A DNA stretch of 64,000 nucleotides from the IMG/VR virus record IMGVR_UViG_3300009104_000003; one strand, written 5' to 3'. Below, piece by piece: positions 16,982-27,138 of the stretch. The notes beneath the pieces were generated by a model that saw only the letters and a list, made by a program, of their open reading frames with translations, did not search any database and had not been told where the DNA came from. The stretch comes from an uncultured virus (IMG/VR IMGVR_UViG_3300009104_000003). Taxonomy: Duplodnaviria > Heunggongvirae > Uroviricota > Caudoviricetes. The position numbers and the translations under genes are program-made. Within the stretch, counting starts at the first letter, position 1. Each line of letters starts with the position of its first letter.

Positions 16982-18364
16982 TTATCTATACATTTCTCTG
17001 AATGTATCCATCCTTTTGTATTGTTCTCCTAGTGTAAATTTCTTAGCTGAATCTATCACTAGGTTATTATTTATTAGATAATCTTTATCAACCAATACAG
17101 AATATACGTTTTCGGATCTATTATCTAAATTAAACATAGCAGGTTTAGCTTTACTATTACTACCCATTGATATGTTTAATTTAACAAAATATCTTTTTTC
17201 CCAATTATTATCTCCAGAATTAATCATCTTTTGGTCTTCTATTTTCTTAATAAATTTATTACCATTTATTTTAAACGAAACTTTATTTCCTTTTTCTTTA
17301 ACATCAGTTGCATGTATACTTATTCCTCCGGTTGAATTACCAGTATCAAGTTTAGCCTTGAATTTCATTCCTTCTACCTTAACCCATTCTATAACACCAG
17401 CAGAAGTTTTAGGAAATGTCCAATTATCTTTATCCATTATATGATCTATAATATTACCTACAAGTTTCATTCCGTTTACTTTAGATTTTTTATCATTATA
17501 ATAACTACTATACATAATTGCTCCAGTTCCTGGAGATCCATTAGCTTCTAGAATATGTATTTTACCATCAACTACCATATGATCTACACCACACCAATAG
17601 CATCCACTAGCCTCTGCTGCTTTAAGAACTAAGTCTTTTTCTTTATCATTTAATTCATAAACTTCGGTATCATTACCTAAAGAAACGTTAGTTCTAAAAT
17701 CACCACCTTTAGTAGCTATCCTTTTAACCGAGGCAAAGATCTTTCCATTAAGTACGTGTGTGCGTACATCATAATCTACATCTAGAAATTCTTGAAGTAT
17801 AATTTCAGCACCATGTTTCCACAATCCTTGTAGAACTGAACCAAGAGATTCATTTGATTCAAGTTTCATAACTCCAATACCTTCTGCACCAGTTATTGTT
17901 TTTGCTATAACTGGAAATTGACCACCTATTTCTTTCATTGCTACTTCAACAGAAGCTTTATTAGTTACCAGAGCAGTTCTTGGTGTTGATATACCTGCTT
18001 TCTTAAGTGTAATAGCAGTTGTAAATTTATTTGCACATAATTCCATAGGAACATATCTATTGATCATAAACATACCAGCTTCTTCTAATGTTCTGGTTAA
18101 TCCTTTACCAGCTATATCAGTCATTGCTCCACCTCTAACAAAGCAGGCAGTATTTGAAGGTTGAAGATTTATCTTATTATTTTCTCCATCAAAATTATGG
18201 ATAGTGACTTTATCATCAGATATATCTGTATCGATAACAAATGCTTCGCCTAATCGCACACCATAAAAAGGTATTCCTTTCTTTTTGCATTGCTGTTCTA
18301 GCTTAGTGACTGTATCTTTTTGATCTTCACCTTCGCTCTTTGTTAGTGCAATTACTGTTATCAT
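16982..18364 (-). CDS. RimK-family ATP-grasp ligase fused to a retropepsin-like (RimB-type) protease domain
   Basis: NKFTT...TPRT, GAEGIGV, QEFL, DFRTNVSLG, GVD, LEANGSPG; C-terminal KAKLDTG. Confidence 0.85.
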   Translation of the reverse strand: MITVIALTKSEGEDQKDTVTKLEQQCKKKGIPFYGVRLGEAFVIDTDISDDKVTIHNFDGENNKINLQPSNTACFVRGGAMTDIAGKGLTRTLEEAGMFMINRYVPMELCANKFTTAITLKKAGISTPRTALVTNKASVEVAMKEIGGQFPVIAKTITGAEGIGVMKLESNESLGSVLQGLWKHGAEIILQEFLDVDYDVRTHVLNGKIFASVKRIATKGGDFRTNVSLGNDTEVYELNDKEKDLVLKAAEASGCYWCGVDHMVVDGKIHILEANGSPGTGAIMYSSYYNDKKSKVNGMKLVGNIIDHIMDKDNWTFPKTSAGVIEWVKVEGMKFKAKLDTGNSTGGISIHATDVKEKGNKVSFKINGNKFIKKIEDQKMINSGDNNWEKRYFVKLNISMGSNSKAKPAMFNLDNRSENVYSVLVDKDYLINNNLVIDSAKKFTLGEQYKRMDTFREMYR

Positions 18365-19005
18365 CTTGTTATATCTCCAGTTGTAATGAAAATATCTTGG
18401 CCAGTTTTAGAATGATGTACCTTGTATATAGATTCTCCAAGGAAAGTATCATAGGGTTTTTCTGCAGTAGTAATTTTAACTTTAGAATTAGCTTTTGCTA
18501 TCATTTCTCCAGTATCACTAGAAGCTATATCGTTGATTAAAGTATAATGCCCAGGATTTAATTCCCCTAATACATTAGTAAACCATTTAGATTCTTGAAG
18601 AGGTAGATTATCCCAATCTAGATCTAATTCAACTTGATCCATAATTTTTCTGATTTGTTTTTCAGACATGTGAGTATGTTCTTTAATAAGATATAGAGCT
18701 GCAGCATATTTTGCCAGTGTGGTTTGCCCAACACCAGGGATTTTTTGGATTAATCTTTTAACGTTGAATACTAATCTATGAAAGACAGTATAGGCTGATT
18801 TCTCTCCAGGAGTTTCTATCTTCTTATCTTTAAGCCTTTTGCCTTTATTATCAATAAGACCAAGTTTGAAAGCTGGAGTAGTATCCCATTTTTGAGTTAA
18901 AAGTCTAAGGAATCTAAATGCATAGAATAAATCAGCTACGCGGGAGACCGCGCCTTCTTTAAGTTCTGTTACATTCTCTGTTGTATATCTTTGTAATGTT
19001 CTCAT
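18361..19005 (-). CDS. Conserved T4-like putative virion protein
   Basis: AFKLGLID..GKRL and YTVFHRLVFNVKRLI motifs. Confidence 0.7.
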   Translation of the reverse strand: MRTLQRYTTENVTELKEGAVSRVADLFYAFRFLRLLTQKWDTTPAFKLGLIDNKGKRLKDKKIETPGEKSAYTVFHRLVFNVKRLIQKIPGVGQTTLAKYAAALYLIKEHTHMSEKQIRKIMDQVELDLDWDNLPLQESKWFTNVLGELNPGHYTLINDIASSDTGEMIAKANSKVKITTAEKPYDTFLGESIYKVHHSKTGQDIFITTGDITR

Positions 19006-19373
19006 AAATTTCTTAGCCTTTCTACAATAACTTTGTCCATTCCTATTTCAACTTTTTCGTCCTCGGGTAAGTAATGTAAAAATACTAAGAAAGGTTTGAT
19101 GAAATGATAATGCTCATGATTTATTTTAAACCATATCATTCTATTCGCTGCTTCAATACCAAATACATTATATATTATAATTAAATGGTTTAATATTAAT
19201 CTTTCCTGTAAATCATCATCAACTTCGTATCTTCGGAGTAATCTTTTAAGATATTTAAATCTAGAAAGATCCTCTTTAAACTCATCGACGGACATACATT
19301 CCGGATTATCATAATTATGAGCTGCGAACATCTCAAAATTTTTATTAGTCAATTCGTCAAAAACCTTCATCAT
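19002..19373 (-). CDS. Conserved T4-like hypothetical protein
   Basis: YDNPEC...EFKEDLSRFKYLKRL...RLILNHLII.YNVFG. Confidence 0.75.
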   Translation of the reverse strand: MMKVFDELTNKNFEMFAAHNYDNPECMSVDEFKEDLSRFKYLKRLLRRYEVDDDLQERLILNHLIIIYNVFGIEAANRMIWFKINHEHYHFIKPFLVFLHYLPEDEKVEIGMDKVIVERLRNL

Positions 19374-19405
19374 ATAATTATCTATACACCCTTACCAGGG
19401 TAGTA

Positions 19406-20182
19406 TTATTTTAATTCAGGCCATACATCTAGTACGTCAGATTTTGGCCAACCGTATATCTTAGGATCAGTTAAAAGCTTTACTATTGCTTTATTATCAC
19501 CCGTGATATCAGCTGTTCCTTTTCGAGGATTTGCTTTAATTTTGACTTTATATTTTTTAGCAGCCTTATCTGTATCTGATTTACTACCAACCCAGTCAAC
19601 ATCAATTGTTACATTCTTTTCAGCAATGAATTTACCAGGAACGGTAATCGTTACCGATTCCTGTTTAGGCTTTTTTACAGATTCTGCCTCTTCTTCATCC
19701 TCTTCATTATCACCTTCCCAGTTCTTGTCGACATAGTCAAAGAATTCTTTTCTTTTCTCTTTGTCTAACTCAGCTGGAGAATCAACTTTAAATTTCTTTA
19801 AAGCCTTTTGAAAGAAAGCTTGATACTTTTTCTGTTTAGGAGAAAGTTCCTGCTCTTCTTGATCTTCACCTTCATCTTCTTCGTGAGAAGATTCTTTAGT
19901 AACAGTACCATCAGTATTCATACCTGATTTTTTAACTGCGTGTTTAGCCTTGAATTCTTTTTCGCCTTTAGCCTTTGGTTCTTCAACCTCTTTAACAGGT
20001 TTAGTATGAGTATATCCTTTTGCAGAATATGATTCATGCTCTTCCTTGTTATTAGCCGTGACTTCTTTGCCTTCAGGACTATACATTTTGTGAGGGTATT
20101 TTATTTCCTTCACTGTCTTTTTCTCAAGTACATCGCTAACTGACTTAGCAATGGATTGAGTTTCTTTATCTTGCAATTTCAT
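19406..20182 (-). CDS. Multi-module putative internal head protein
   Basis: Charged protein with many [IVL]-x-E sites; YQAFFQKALKKF..DSPAEL module. Confidence 0.65.
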   Translation of the reverse strand: MKLQDKETQSIAKSVSDVLEKKTVKEIKYPHKMYSPEGKEVTANNKEEHESYSAKGYTHTKPVKEVEEPKAKGEKEFKAKHAVKKSGMNTDGTVTKESSHEEDEGEDQEEQELSPKQKKYQAFFQKALKKFKVDSPAELDKEKRKEFFDYVDKNWEGDNEEDEEEAESVKKPKQESVTITVPGKFIAEKNVTIDVDWVGSKSDTDKAAKKYKVKIKANPRKGTADITGDNKAIVKLLTDPKIYGWPKSDVLDVWPELK

Positions 20183-20197
20183 ATTAGTCTCCCGTGT

Positions 20198-20506
20198 TTA
20201 TTGCATTCCCATTGTTAGCATCCCAGTAATAGCGATAGCAGAAGTGCTAACTATAATCCAGAATATTTTATTTATAATACCTACAGTGTTGGCATTGGCA
20301 TGAACCAATTCCTCTACTTTGGTTAACCTCTCACCGAGTCCGTAAATCATTTCTGATTGTTGTTTACTGAAACTCGTTAATGTTTGAATTTTTTCCTCAG
20401 CCCGTGCGAGGGCCACAACTGCTTCCGACAGTTTATCTAATTTCTCTTCGATTCTATTTAATCGATCGCTGGCTTCAGCTCTTTGTTCTGCTACTGATTG
20501 ACTCAT
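20198..20506 (-). CDS. Coiled-coil protein with C-terminal TM helix
   Basis: RLNRIEEKLDKL heptads; hydrophobic C-terminus. Confidence 0.7.
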   Translation of the reverse strand: MSQSVAEQRAEASDRLNRIEEKLDKLSEAVVALARAEEKIQTLTSFSKQQSEMIYGLGERLTKVEELVHANANTVGIINKIFWIIVSTSAIAITGMLTMGMQ

Positions 20507-21183
20507 TACCTTATATTAACTCCTAGATCTCTTAATCTTTTTAACACAATATCGTTTGCTATTTGATCTCCGTTATGTCCTTTAGGTTCTAGATCATCTA
20601 GAATTTCATCATCAAAAACTAGTTTGGATAATTCTTCAGAATATTTTGCAATTGCTTCATTTGGTTCACCATCACTATCTTCTTTATCTCCACCAATTTT
20701 AACTTTTTTATTCTTTCTTAAGAATATAATTAGTTGTCTAGCAGCTTCCATAGCCTTTTCTTTATCCGGATCAAATATCCCTATTCTCATTGTACCATCA
20801 TTAATGATACCATTTTTCCAAGTAATTTTTCCTTCCATCATTTTTTTCGCCTTTGTATATCCTATTTTATCTTTTGTTTTAGCAACTCCAAGACTTCCTG
20901 CGTCTTTAGCTCCTTTTTTAACCCCAGCTGCAAATTTTTTCATATTAATAGCTAATTTTTTAGGTGCTAATGCTATCTTTTTTGCACCTTTTGCTAAAGC
21001 TTTAGCAGCTCTTACTGGAGCTGTGACTGCTTTTCCAATTTTACCAGCTGCTTTAGCAGCCTTTGATTTAGCTACTGCATCTCTAGCTTTTTTAAGTAAA
21101 GCTTTCTTATCCTTAGCTGCTTTAGCTAATTTAGCTCTAAGCTGCTCATTTTTAGGATCATTGAATTCTTTAAATGTTAACAT
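20506..21183 (-). CDS. Putative internal head protein
   Basis: MLTFKEF start; C-terminal domain paralogous to 21587..21925. Confidence 0.65.
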   Translation of the reverse strand: MLTFKEFNDPKNEQLRAKLAKAAKDKKALLKKARDAVAKSKAAKAAGKIGKAVTAPVRAAKALAKGAKKIALAPKKLAINMKKFAAGVKKGAKDAGSLGVAKTKDKIGYTKAKKMMEGKITWKNGIINDGTMRIGIFDPDKEKAMEAARQLIIFLRKNKKVKIGGDKEDSDGEPNEAIAKYSEELSKLVFDDEILDDLEPKGHNGDQIANDIVLKRLRDLGVNIR

Positions 21184-21578
21184 TATTCGGCTACACTTTT
21201 AATCCTAGTTTGTGGATCTTTAGTTTGTTTTATAATTAAATCTACTATTGGTTTAATGTTAATTTTTGATTTTCCTTTAGGATCACCAAATCCTATTTGA
21301 AGTGGATCATCAATAAAATAAGCTTCTTTTTTTGGTAATCCTTTATAAGCTGGTTTCTTTAATTCTTTTTTAACAAGATCAGACATTCGTTTCCATTCTT
21401 TTTCATCACTGAATCTAATTTCAATATCACTAATAGTTTTCATACCTACAATATCTGCTTGAAGAATACTTTTAATTTCAGCTAATATATCATGATCTCT
21501 TACACCTACAATAGTATTATCTCTTCCCATTGTCATAGGAGGCATTCGGAATTCTCTTATTTCTTTAAATGTTTTCAT
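21183..21578 (-). CDS. Putative internal head protein
   Basis: MKTFKEIRE start. Confidence 0.65.
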   Translation of the reverse strand: MKTFKEIREFRMPPMTMGRDNTIVGVRDHDILAEIKSILQADIVGMKTISDIEIRFSDEKEWKRMSDLVKKELKKPAYKGLPKKEAYFIDDPLQIGFGDPKGKSKINIKPIVDLIIKQTKDPQTRIKSVAE

Positions 21579-21586
21579 TTTTCCTC

Positions 21587-21925
21587 CTAAAAAATATTCT
21601 TTCCTAATTGATTTAATCTCTTAATAACTATATCATTAGCTTTTTGACCATAGTTCTTTTTGTTTCTTTTTGGATCAGGTATCAAATCATCTAACATTAT
21701 ATCATCAGAGACATATTTTATTAGCTCTTTTGTATATGCTGCTAAGTCCTTATGATCTTTTTTAGGATTATCTGGATCAAAGAAAACTCTAACATTTTTA
21801 TTTGCTCGTAAAAATTGTACTAATTTTCTAGTAGCATTTTTGGCCTTATTTTTATCATCATCAAATATACCTGAACTCATAGTTCCTTCTGATAATGTTT
21901 CTCTTATTTCCCAAAATGTTTTCAT
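21587..21925 (-). CDS. Putative internal head protein
   Basis: MKTFWEIRETLSE start. Confidence 0.65.
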   Translation of the reverse strand: MKTFWEIRETLSEGTMSSGIFDDDKNKAKNATRKLVQFLRANKNVRVFFDPDNPKKDHKDLAAYTKELIKYVSDDIMLDDLIPDPKRNKKNYGQKANDIVIKRLNQLGKNIF

Positions 21926-22467
21926 TAGATTTTAATCCTCTTTCCTTTTCTTATTTCTTTTTGAGCATCTTTTTTATCCATACCATAATCATTGACTAGC
22001 CAATTTAAAAGATCTTTCTCAGTCCCAGAAATCTCAATTTCCATTTTTCTTTCATCCCAATCATCTAAATATACTCCTTGATCTTGCCAATCAGCTGCAT
22101 ATTCTCCTGGATCGTCCATATCCCAATCAATTGTGATTTCTCTTCCAGCTGCTTCATTAACGGATTCTTTATTTTCCCACATACCTTTGTAATAAAATAA
22201 AACTGCATTCATGAATTGGGTATCATTAACATCTCCACCTTTTCCATCGCCATAATTAGCATTAACATGTTTTAATAGATAAGGTAATTGTTTTTGAGCC
22301 TGTTTTACCGTAACATCTTTATGCCCGGCTCTCATTTTAATATACTTGTCTACTTCTTTCTTAAGCTTTTTATCTTTTTGAATTTGTTTAAATTCAGTTG
22401 GGTCCCAGCCCTTTTTCCAAGGTCTTCGTTCACCTAGCTTTTCTCTTAGTTGTTTAAATGTTTTCAT
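21925..22467 (-). CDS. Putative internal head protein
   Basis: MKTFKQLRE start. Confidence 0.65.
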   Translation of the reverse strand: MKTFKQLREKLGERRPWKKGWDPTEFKQIQKDKKLKKEVDKYIKMRAGHKDVTVKQAQKQLPYLLKHVNANYGDGKGGDVNDTQFMNAVLFYYKGMWENKESVNEAAGREITIDWDMDDPGEYAADWQDQGVYLDDWDERKMEIEISGTEKDLLNWLVNDYGMDKKDAQKEIRKGKRIKI

Positions 22468-22739
22468 TATTGTCTTCCCTTGGCAATTTGGCCTACCAAT
22501 TTATCCATTGCATCATCCATTTCATCTGCATCATCAGTTTTAACCTGATCACTGCCAGCCATATTAGAGGTTAAGTAATCTACCATATCTTGAGCAAATT
22601 GTTGCTCTTTCCCTTTAGGTAGATATGGATCAGGTACCTGACCAGACTTAACAAATTTTCGAGCTAATTTTTGATAATGAGAAACTAAACCTCTAAAGTT
22701 CATAGCTCTTGCTTCTCTTATTTCTGTAAATGTTTTCAT
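22467..22739 (-). CDS. Putative internal head protein
   Basis: MKTFTEIRE start. Confidence 0.65.
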   Translation of the reverse strand: MKTFTEIREARAMNFRGLVSHYQKLARKFVKSGQVPDPYLPKGKEQQFAQDMVDYLTSNMAGSDQVKTDDADEMDDAMDKLVGQIAKGRQ

Positions 22740-24010
22740 TATCCACCCCAGTTTATACTATTTGGATTCCATGCTGAATATTTCAGCTTGGATATTTGTT
22801 GAACTAAATCAGTCATATCAGCCTTTTCTCTAGGATACCATTCCATTATAAAGTTAAGGTCATACTTTTTAAACCTATTACCCTTATGAGTTTTTGGTCC
22901 ATAAAATACGGAATTCTCATCAAATTTAACTCTATTTTTTCTAGCCCAAGCTGCTGCTAATTTCTTAGCTTTTTCAAAGTCTTTAACAATTGGCGGAGCC
23001 ATATGTGCATCATCCAAAGCATCTCTAACTTTAGGATCTTTGAATTTAATTTCAATCCCTTCTATATACCACTCCTTCTTAGGAGGTTTAGGCATTTTAA
23101 AAGATTCATGAACAGAAGCTTTAATTAAATTCCCCTCTTCATCTCTACCAGAGGTTCTTTTCAAATGTTTGGACTGATCAACTGCCCAAGCCATTCTTTC
23201 TAGATCTTTTTCAGAACCTGTTGCTTTCCAGTGATCTTTTGATTTAACGAAAACCAATTTAACACTTGGCCACATTTTACCATTCTTTCCTTTAAGAAGT
23301 GTATCAGGGCTTAGATCACCTTTCTTAGGTTGACCTTCTACTTTAAAAGTAAATCCACCTTTGACATATCTTTTGGCTTCTTCTATTTCAAAATGTTCTT
23401 TGAATCCTCTAAATCCAGCATAGGACTTAGTAGTTTTAGTTGAACCAGCTATTGAACCTGTATACTTACCAACTACCTTTCCGGTTTTAAGATATGAATC
23501 AAGAATAGATCTTTGCTTTTCATTAACTTTGAGGGCTTGCATTAATGCTGTGTTTCTATTTTCGATTGATCCAGTAAATTTCTTTTTACCTGCAAAGATT
23601 CTTTTCTCTTTCTTTGTTCCAGCTACTCTACCAACATACTGATCTCTTATTCTTCCTTTATGGATAAAATCGTCAAGTATCTTTTGTTGAATCTTGTTGA
23701 ATTTAAGTGATTGACATAACAATTCAAAATTCTTAGTATAGTTTTCCGTAACTATTCTCTTATATGTAGTCCTTGCTATATGTACACTTTCGTTAGCATA
23801 TTGAAGTGCTTTTTTAACTTCAGGATGTTTTGATAATCCTTTCTTCATCTTTTCTATGCCATCAATGGCGAAATTCATAGCTCCGCCGTGATCTAAAGCA
23901 AACTCAACAGCCTTTTTGACTGCCTTTGCCTTAGGATTTTTTCTAAAATATGTGCTGATCTCTTGCCCTGTGAGCTTTGATCCTGACATATTACTTTTTT
24001 CGTTTTTCAT
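22739..24010 (-). CDS. Multi-module hypothetical protein with an internal duplication
   Basis: Repeat LKFNKIQQKILDDF...VAG / LKVNEKQRSILDSY...IAG. Confidence 0.7.
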   Translation of the reverse strand: MKNEKSNMSGSKLTGQEISTYFRKNPKAKAVKKAVEFALDHGGAMNFAIDGIEKMKKGLSKHPEVKKALQYANESVHIARTTYKRIVTENYTKNFELLCQSLKFNKIQQKILDDFIHKGRIRDQYVGRVAGTKKEKRIFAGKKKFTGSIENRNTALMQALKVNEKQRSILDSYLKTGKVVGKYTGSIAGSTKTTKSYAGFRGFKEHFEIEEAKRYVKGGFTFKVEGQPKKGDLSPDTLLKGKNGKMWPSVKLVFVKSKDHWKATGSEKDLERMAWAVDQSKHLKRTSGRDEEGNLIKASVHESFKMPKPPKKEWYIEGIEIKFKDPKVRDALDDAHMAPPIVKDFEKAKKLAAAWARKNRVKFDENSVFYGPKTHKGNRFKKYDLNFIMEWYPREKADMTDLVQQISKLKYSAWNPNSINWGG

Positions 24011-24021
24011 TTTTGCCCTCT

Positions 24022-25089
24022 TTATTGTAAATAACCGTGTTTACGTTTAAGTATATTCATAGCTGTAGCTATCTTATGTGATTTAGAACTAAAATCTTCA
24101 TCCTTTAGCTTCATTGCTATCTTTTCCAACTCTATTTTAAGAGCCGGAGTTAATTTAAAATCATCTTTAAGCACAAATTGCCTAAAGTCTAAAATTTCTT
24201 TTTGGCCTGGTGTATCCTTCTGATAGTTTTTAACTAATTCTTCAGTACCCCATTCACCAGCTCCACCTTCTTCTTCCAGTTTCTCTACTGAATCTAGCCA
24301 ACATCTCTTTCTTATGGTTCCAAATTCTACCAATACGTAGTTCGAACCACAAACCTTAATAGTACCAACCTCATCATTTTCCTTTAGTACTACCTCATCA
24401 TCTACTTTGAAAAGATCACCTTTTATATAATTTTCTCTAAGATCAGAAACCTTTTTTAATTGTACATGTGGTCTAGTACCTTCATTAACTTTAAGTCCTA
24501 GGCCTTTACGTACAGCATTAAATAAATCTGCAACCTGGACAAAATTCCCAGGTAAGCCTTTTGCAAATTGATATTGATTATCATCTGCAGCAGCTGCTCT
24601 CATTTTAGATGCACTCATTCCAGTCGCACCTTCAGCATCAGGATCTCTTGCTCCTGCGCTTACAACTTTTACACCATTCTCAAATTGGTAAAATCCATGT
24701 CTACCTTTTACTCCATTATATTTATTCAAAAGTTTATCAAATTCTACTAATCTATCTTCTCCTACAACCATTGATACTTTTGTAAAACCTTGATCATATA
24801 AAGCAACTATAACATCAAATGATGTTCTCATCCCTTTATCAGCCATAATATTTCTGGCATATTTAGGAAACATCTTTCTAAGAAACTTAACCTTTGTTTT
24901 AAAATCTAAAGGATTCTTTTTCTTATCTTGTGTATGAGTGGGATATATCCTATATACACCACCTCTACTAATCTTTTTAACTGCATCAAATAATTTTTCA
25001 TGTCCAATAGTTGGAGGATTAAACCTACCAAATGCAAATGTTATTTCGTTAGTATTCTCTACTATATAATCTTTAAATCCTTTAACCAT
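24022..25089 (-). CDS. HIGH-motif nucleotidyltransferase (cytidylyltransferase/NMNAT-like)
   Basis: FGRFNPPTIGH and MSASKMR motifs. Confidence 0.85.
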   Translation of the reverse strand: MVKGFKDYIVENTNEITFAFGRFNPPTIGHEKLFDAVKKISRGGVYRIYPTHTQDKKKNPLDFKTKVKFLRKMFPKYARNIMADKGMRTSFDVIVALYDQGFTKVSMVVGEDRLVEFDKLLNKYNGVKGRHGFYQFENGVKVVSAGARDPDAEGATGMSASKMRAAAADDNQYQFAKGLPGNFVQVADLFNAVRKGLGLKVNEGTRPHVQLKKVSDLRENYIKGDLFKVDDEVVLKENDEVGTIKVCGSNYVLVEFGTIRKRCWLDSVEKLEEEGGAGEWGTEELVKNYQKDTPGQKEILDFRQFVLKDDFKLTPALKIELEKIAMKLKDEDFSSKSHKIATAMNILKRKHGYLQ

Positions 25090-25093
25090 AATA

Positions 25094-25468
25094 TTATCCT
25101 AATTGTTTCTTTTGTGCCTTAAAAGCTTTCAATCTTTCTCTTTCTTTAACTTTTATTCCTGGTAAAAGCTTTTTCGATATTTTTAAAATCGCTCCTTGCT
25201 TTTTAGAAACCTTTTTTTCTAATTCCTGGCGAGCAGCATAAGACAGATCCGCCTTTTTCTTATCCTTAAGAAGTTTCTTAATAATAACTTCACGGGCTTG
25301 TTTACGGGATCGCTGCTTTAACTTTTCTGGGGAGGCGAGTTTCTTGGCTGCTTTCTTTCGACCTAGTTTTATCTTGGCCTTATTCTTTCTCATAGCAGCT
25401 TTCATTTTCATACGTGTGGCCATTGTAACGGCCTCATCTTGAAAAGAAAACTCTTTAAATGTTTGCAT
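25094..25468 (-). CDS. Highly basic putative internal protein
   Basis: MQTFKEF start; K/R-rich. Confidence 0.65.
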   Translation of the reverse strand: MQTFKEFSFQDEAVTMATRMKMKAAMRKNKAKIKLGRKKAAKKLASPEKLKQRSRKQAREVIIKKLLKDKKKADLSYAARQELEKKVSKKQGAILKISKKLLPGIKVKERERLKAFKAQKKQLG

Positions 25469-25484
25469 TTATCCTTGGTCCCAT

Positions 25485-26723
25485 TTAGCCTGGATTATCC
25501 CAGCCCTTTATTATATCTGTACTGAAATTGTTAGTAGAAAATTCTAATCTATCTACTAGCTTAACAGCTCCACCTTCCATATGATCTATGGCAACAAAAC
25601 CTTCATGATTGGTTACCTTAAACCCGGATTTAGTTTTTACAAAAGTCCCAACATTATTGAGACTGTTTAGTTTATTTATAATAATTAATTTCGCATCGAC
25701 GATATAATTTTGTAAATCGAATACATTTTGCAAGTTTTTTAGATTACTTTTACTAAAAAATGACATTAATGCTGATTTTTTCGCCTCAACACCAGCTTTT
25801 CCTTTATCTGATTTTAATTTATCAGATTGTTTAGCGTATCTTTCTTCTACAAACTTAATTAATCCCAATGCATGAGCTTTCGTATCTGTAATACGTACAC
25901 CTTTTCTAACCATTGTATTGTTGTACACATTAATGACTAGATTTAATTCTTTGTTTGATTCTAATTCTTTTAGTACTCCTGCTCTAATCTTTTGGAACAT
26001 TTTTCCAGCATTAGAGAGTTGTACCGTAACTTCTTTTGTTTCTTCCGCGTCCATGAGTGCGCCCGCGATGCCCGGGAGGATTGCATCTTGCATCCATACA
26101 GTATTAGATTTTTTAAGACCTTTAGTTATTGCTCCACCAAAAGTAGCTTTCATACTCTCAAAACTTGCTCCTTTATAAGAGGTATGCCAAACTATACCTA
26201 TTTTGGCTTTAGCTATTTTCTTGGCTAAAGGTGTTCCAATAGGTATTGCATATGCAATAGTATTAGGATGGAATGTCAGATATTTCTGTCCATCAATCTT
26301 TTCTACCTTAAGATCAGCTTTATCATACATAAAATCCCCTTGGATAACACCTTGTATCCCTAGTTCTTTTAGATTATCATAAGCTAATTTAAGCTTTTTG
26401 GATAAATCCCCAGAGGTATCAGCATCTATATCATCATGTGATTTATATACCTTGGGGTTTTTTGCAAATATACCTTTCTTTGCGACAAAGAATTCTCCAT
26501 CGCTCGGATCGATACCCGCGAATACGGCGGGAGCACCGTCCCATTTAACAGTGACGTCAACTGCAGTGGGTGATTTCCCAGCAAGCATATCCCTTAGTGA
26601 TCGCAGGGCTAAAATTGCTTGTCTGGCTCCCTTTACTCCTCCATCCAGAACTAAATCCTCAATATGAGTCATATGAGTATTTTTAGATTCTGATATGGGT
26701 TTATGTTGTGTAAATGATTTCAT
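25485..26723 (-). CDS. DUF6267-like protein with ligase-type KxDG motif
   Basis: NTHMTHIED, TVKWDGAP, QGDFM, HEGFV, VKLVDR resemble covalent nucleotidyltransferase motifs I/III/IV/V. Confidence 0.7.
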   Translation of the reverse strand: MKSFTQHKPISESKNTHMTHIEDLVLDGGVKGARQAILALRSLRDMLAGKSPTAVDVTVKWDGAPAVFAGIDPSDGEFFVAKKGIFAKNPKVYKSHDDIDADTSGDLSKKLKLAYDNLKELGIQGVIQGDFMYDKADLKVEKIDGQKYLTFHPNTIAYAIPIGTPLAKKIAKAKIGIVWHTSYKGASFESMKATFGGAITKGLKKSNTVWMQDAILPGIAGALMDAEETKEVTVQLSNAGKMFQKIRAGVLKELESNKELNLVINVYNNTMVRKGVRITDTKAHALGLIKFVEERYAKQSDKLKSDKGKAGVEAKKSALMSFFSKSNLKNLQNVFDLQNYIVDAKLIIINKLNSLNNVGTFVKTKSGFKVTNHEGFVAIDHMEGGAVKLVDRLEFSTNNFSTDIIKGWDNPG

Positions 26724-26941
26724 CGAATACCATCTTCTTTTTCATATTTTGTAATAAGGTTACTTAATTGGACCATATTACCAGAATTATGAGCTTTACC
26801 TAATACCTTAACTCTTTCAGAATTAATTCCACCAGATTTAACAATTTTATAAATTCTGAGCATTGTTGGATGATTTTTAGCTACTTTTTTAAATTTAAGC
26901 TTAAGCTTATCCATCAAATATGTTTCTTTAAATGATTTCAT
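26720..26941 (-). CDS. Small putative internal protein
   Basis: MKSFKE start. Confidence 0.6.
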   Translation of the reverse strand: MKSFKETYLMDKLKLKFKKVAKNHPTMLRIYKIVKSGGINSERVKVLGKAHNSGNMVQLSNLITKYEKEDGIR

Positions 26942-27138
26942 TTTTTACCATATTTTTCTTTATCTCCAAGAACTCTAACTTTTAATAGAGGTTTCCCGTT
27001 TATAACAATGTCTCCATTTTCATTTCGAGATATAGTTTTAACTTTAATTGGTTTATTTTTAAATTTACCGCCTAACACAGTATCGCCGATATTAATTTTA
27101 ATTTTAATATCTTCTCTTAACTGTGCAAATGTCTTCAT
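26938..27138 (-). CDS. Small putative internal protein (SH3/KOW-like)
   Basis: MKTFAQLRE; IGDTVLGGKFKNK. Confidence 0.6.
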   Translation of the reverse strand: MKTFAQLREDIKIKINIGDTVLGGKFKNKPIKVKTISRNENGDIVINGKPLLKVRVLGDKEKYGKK

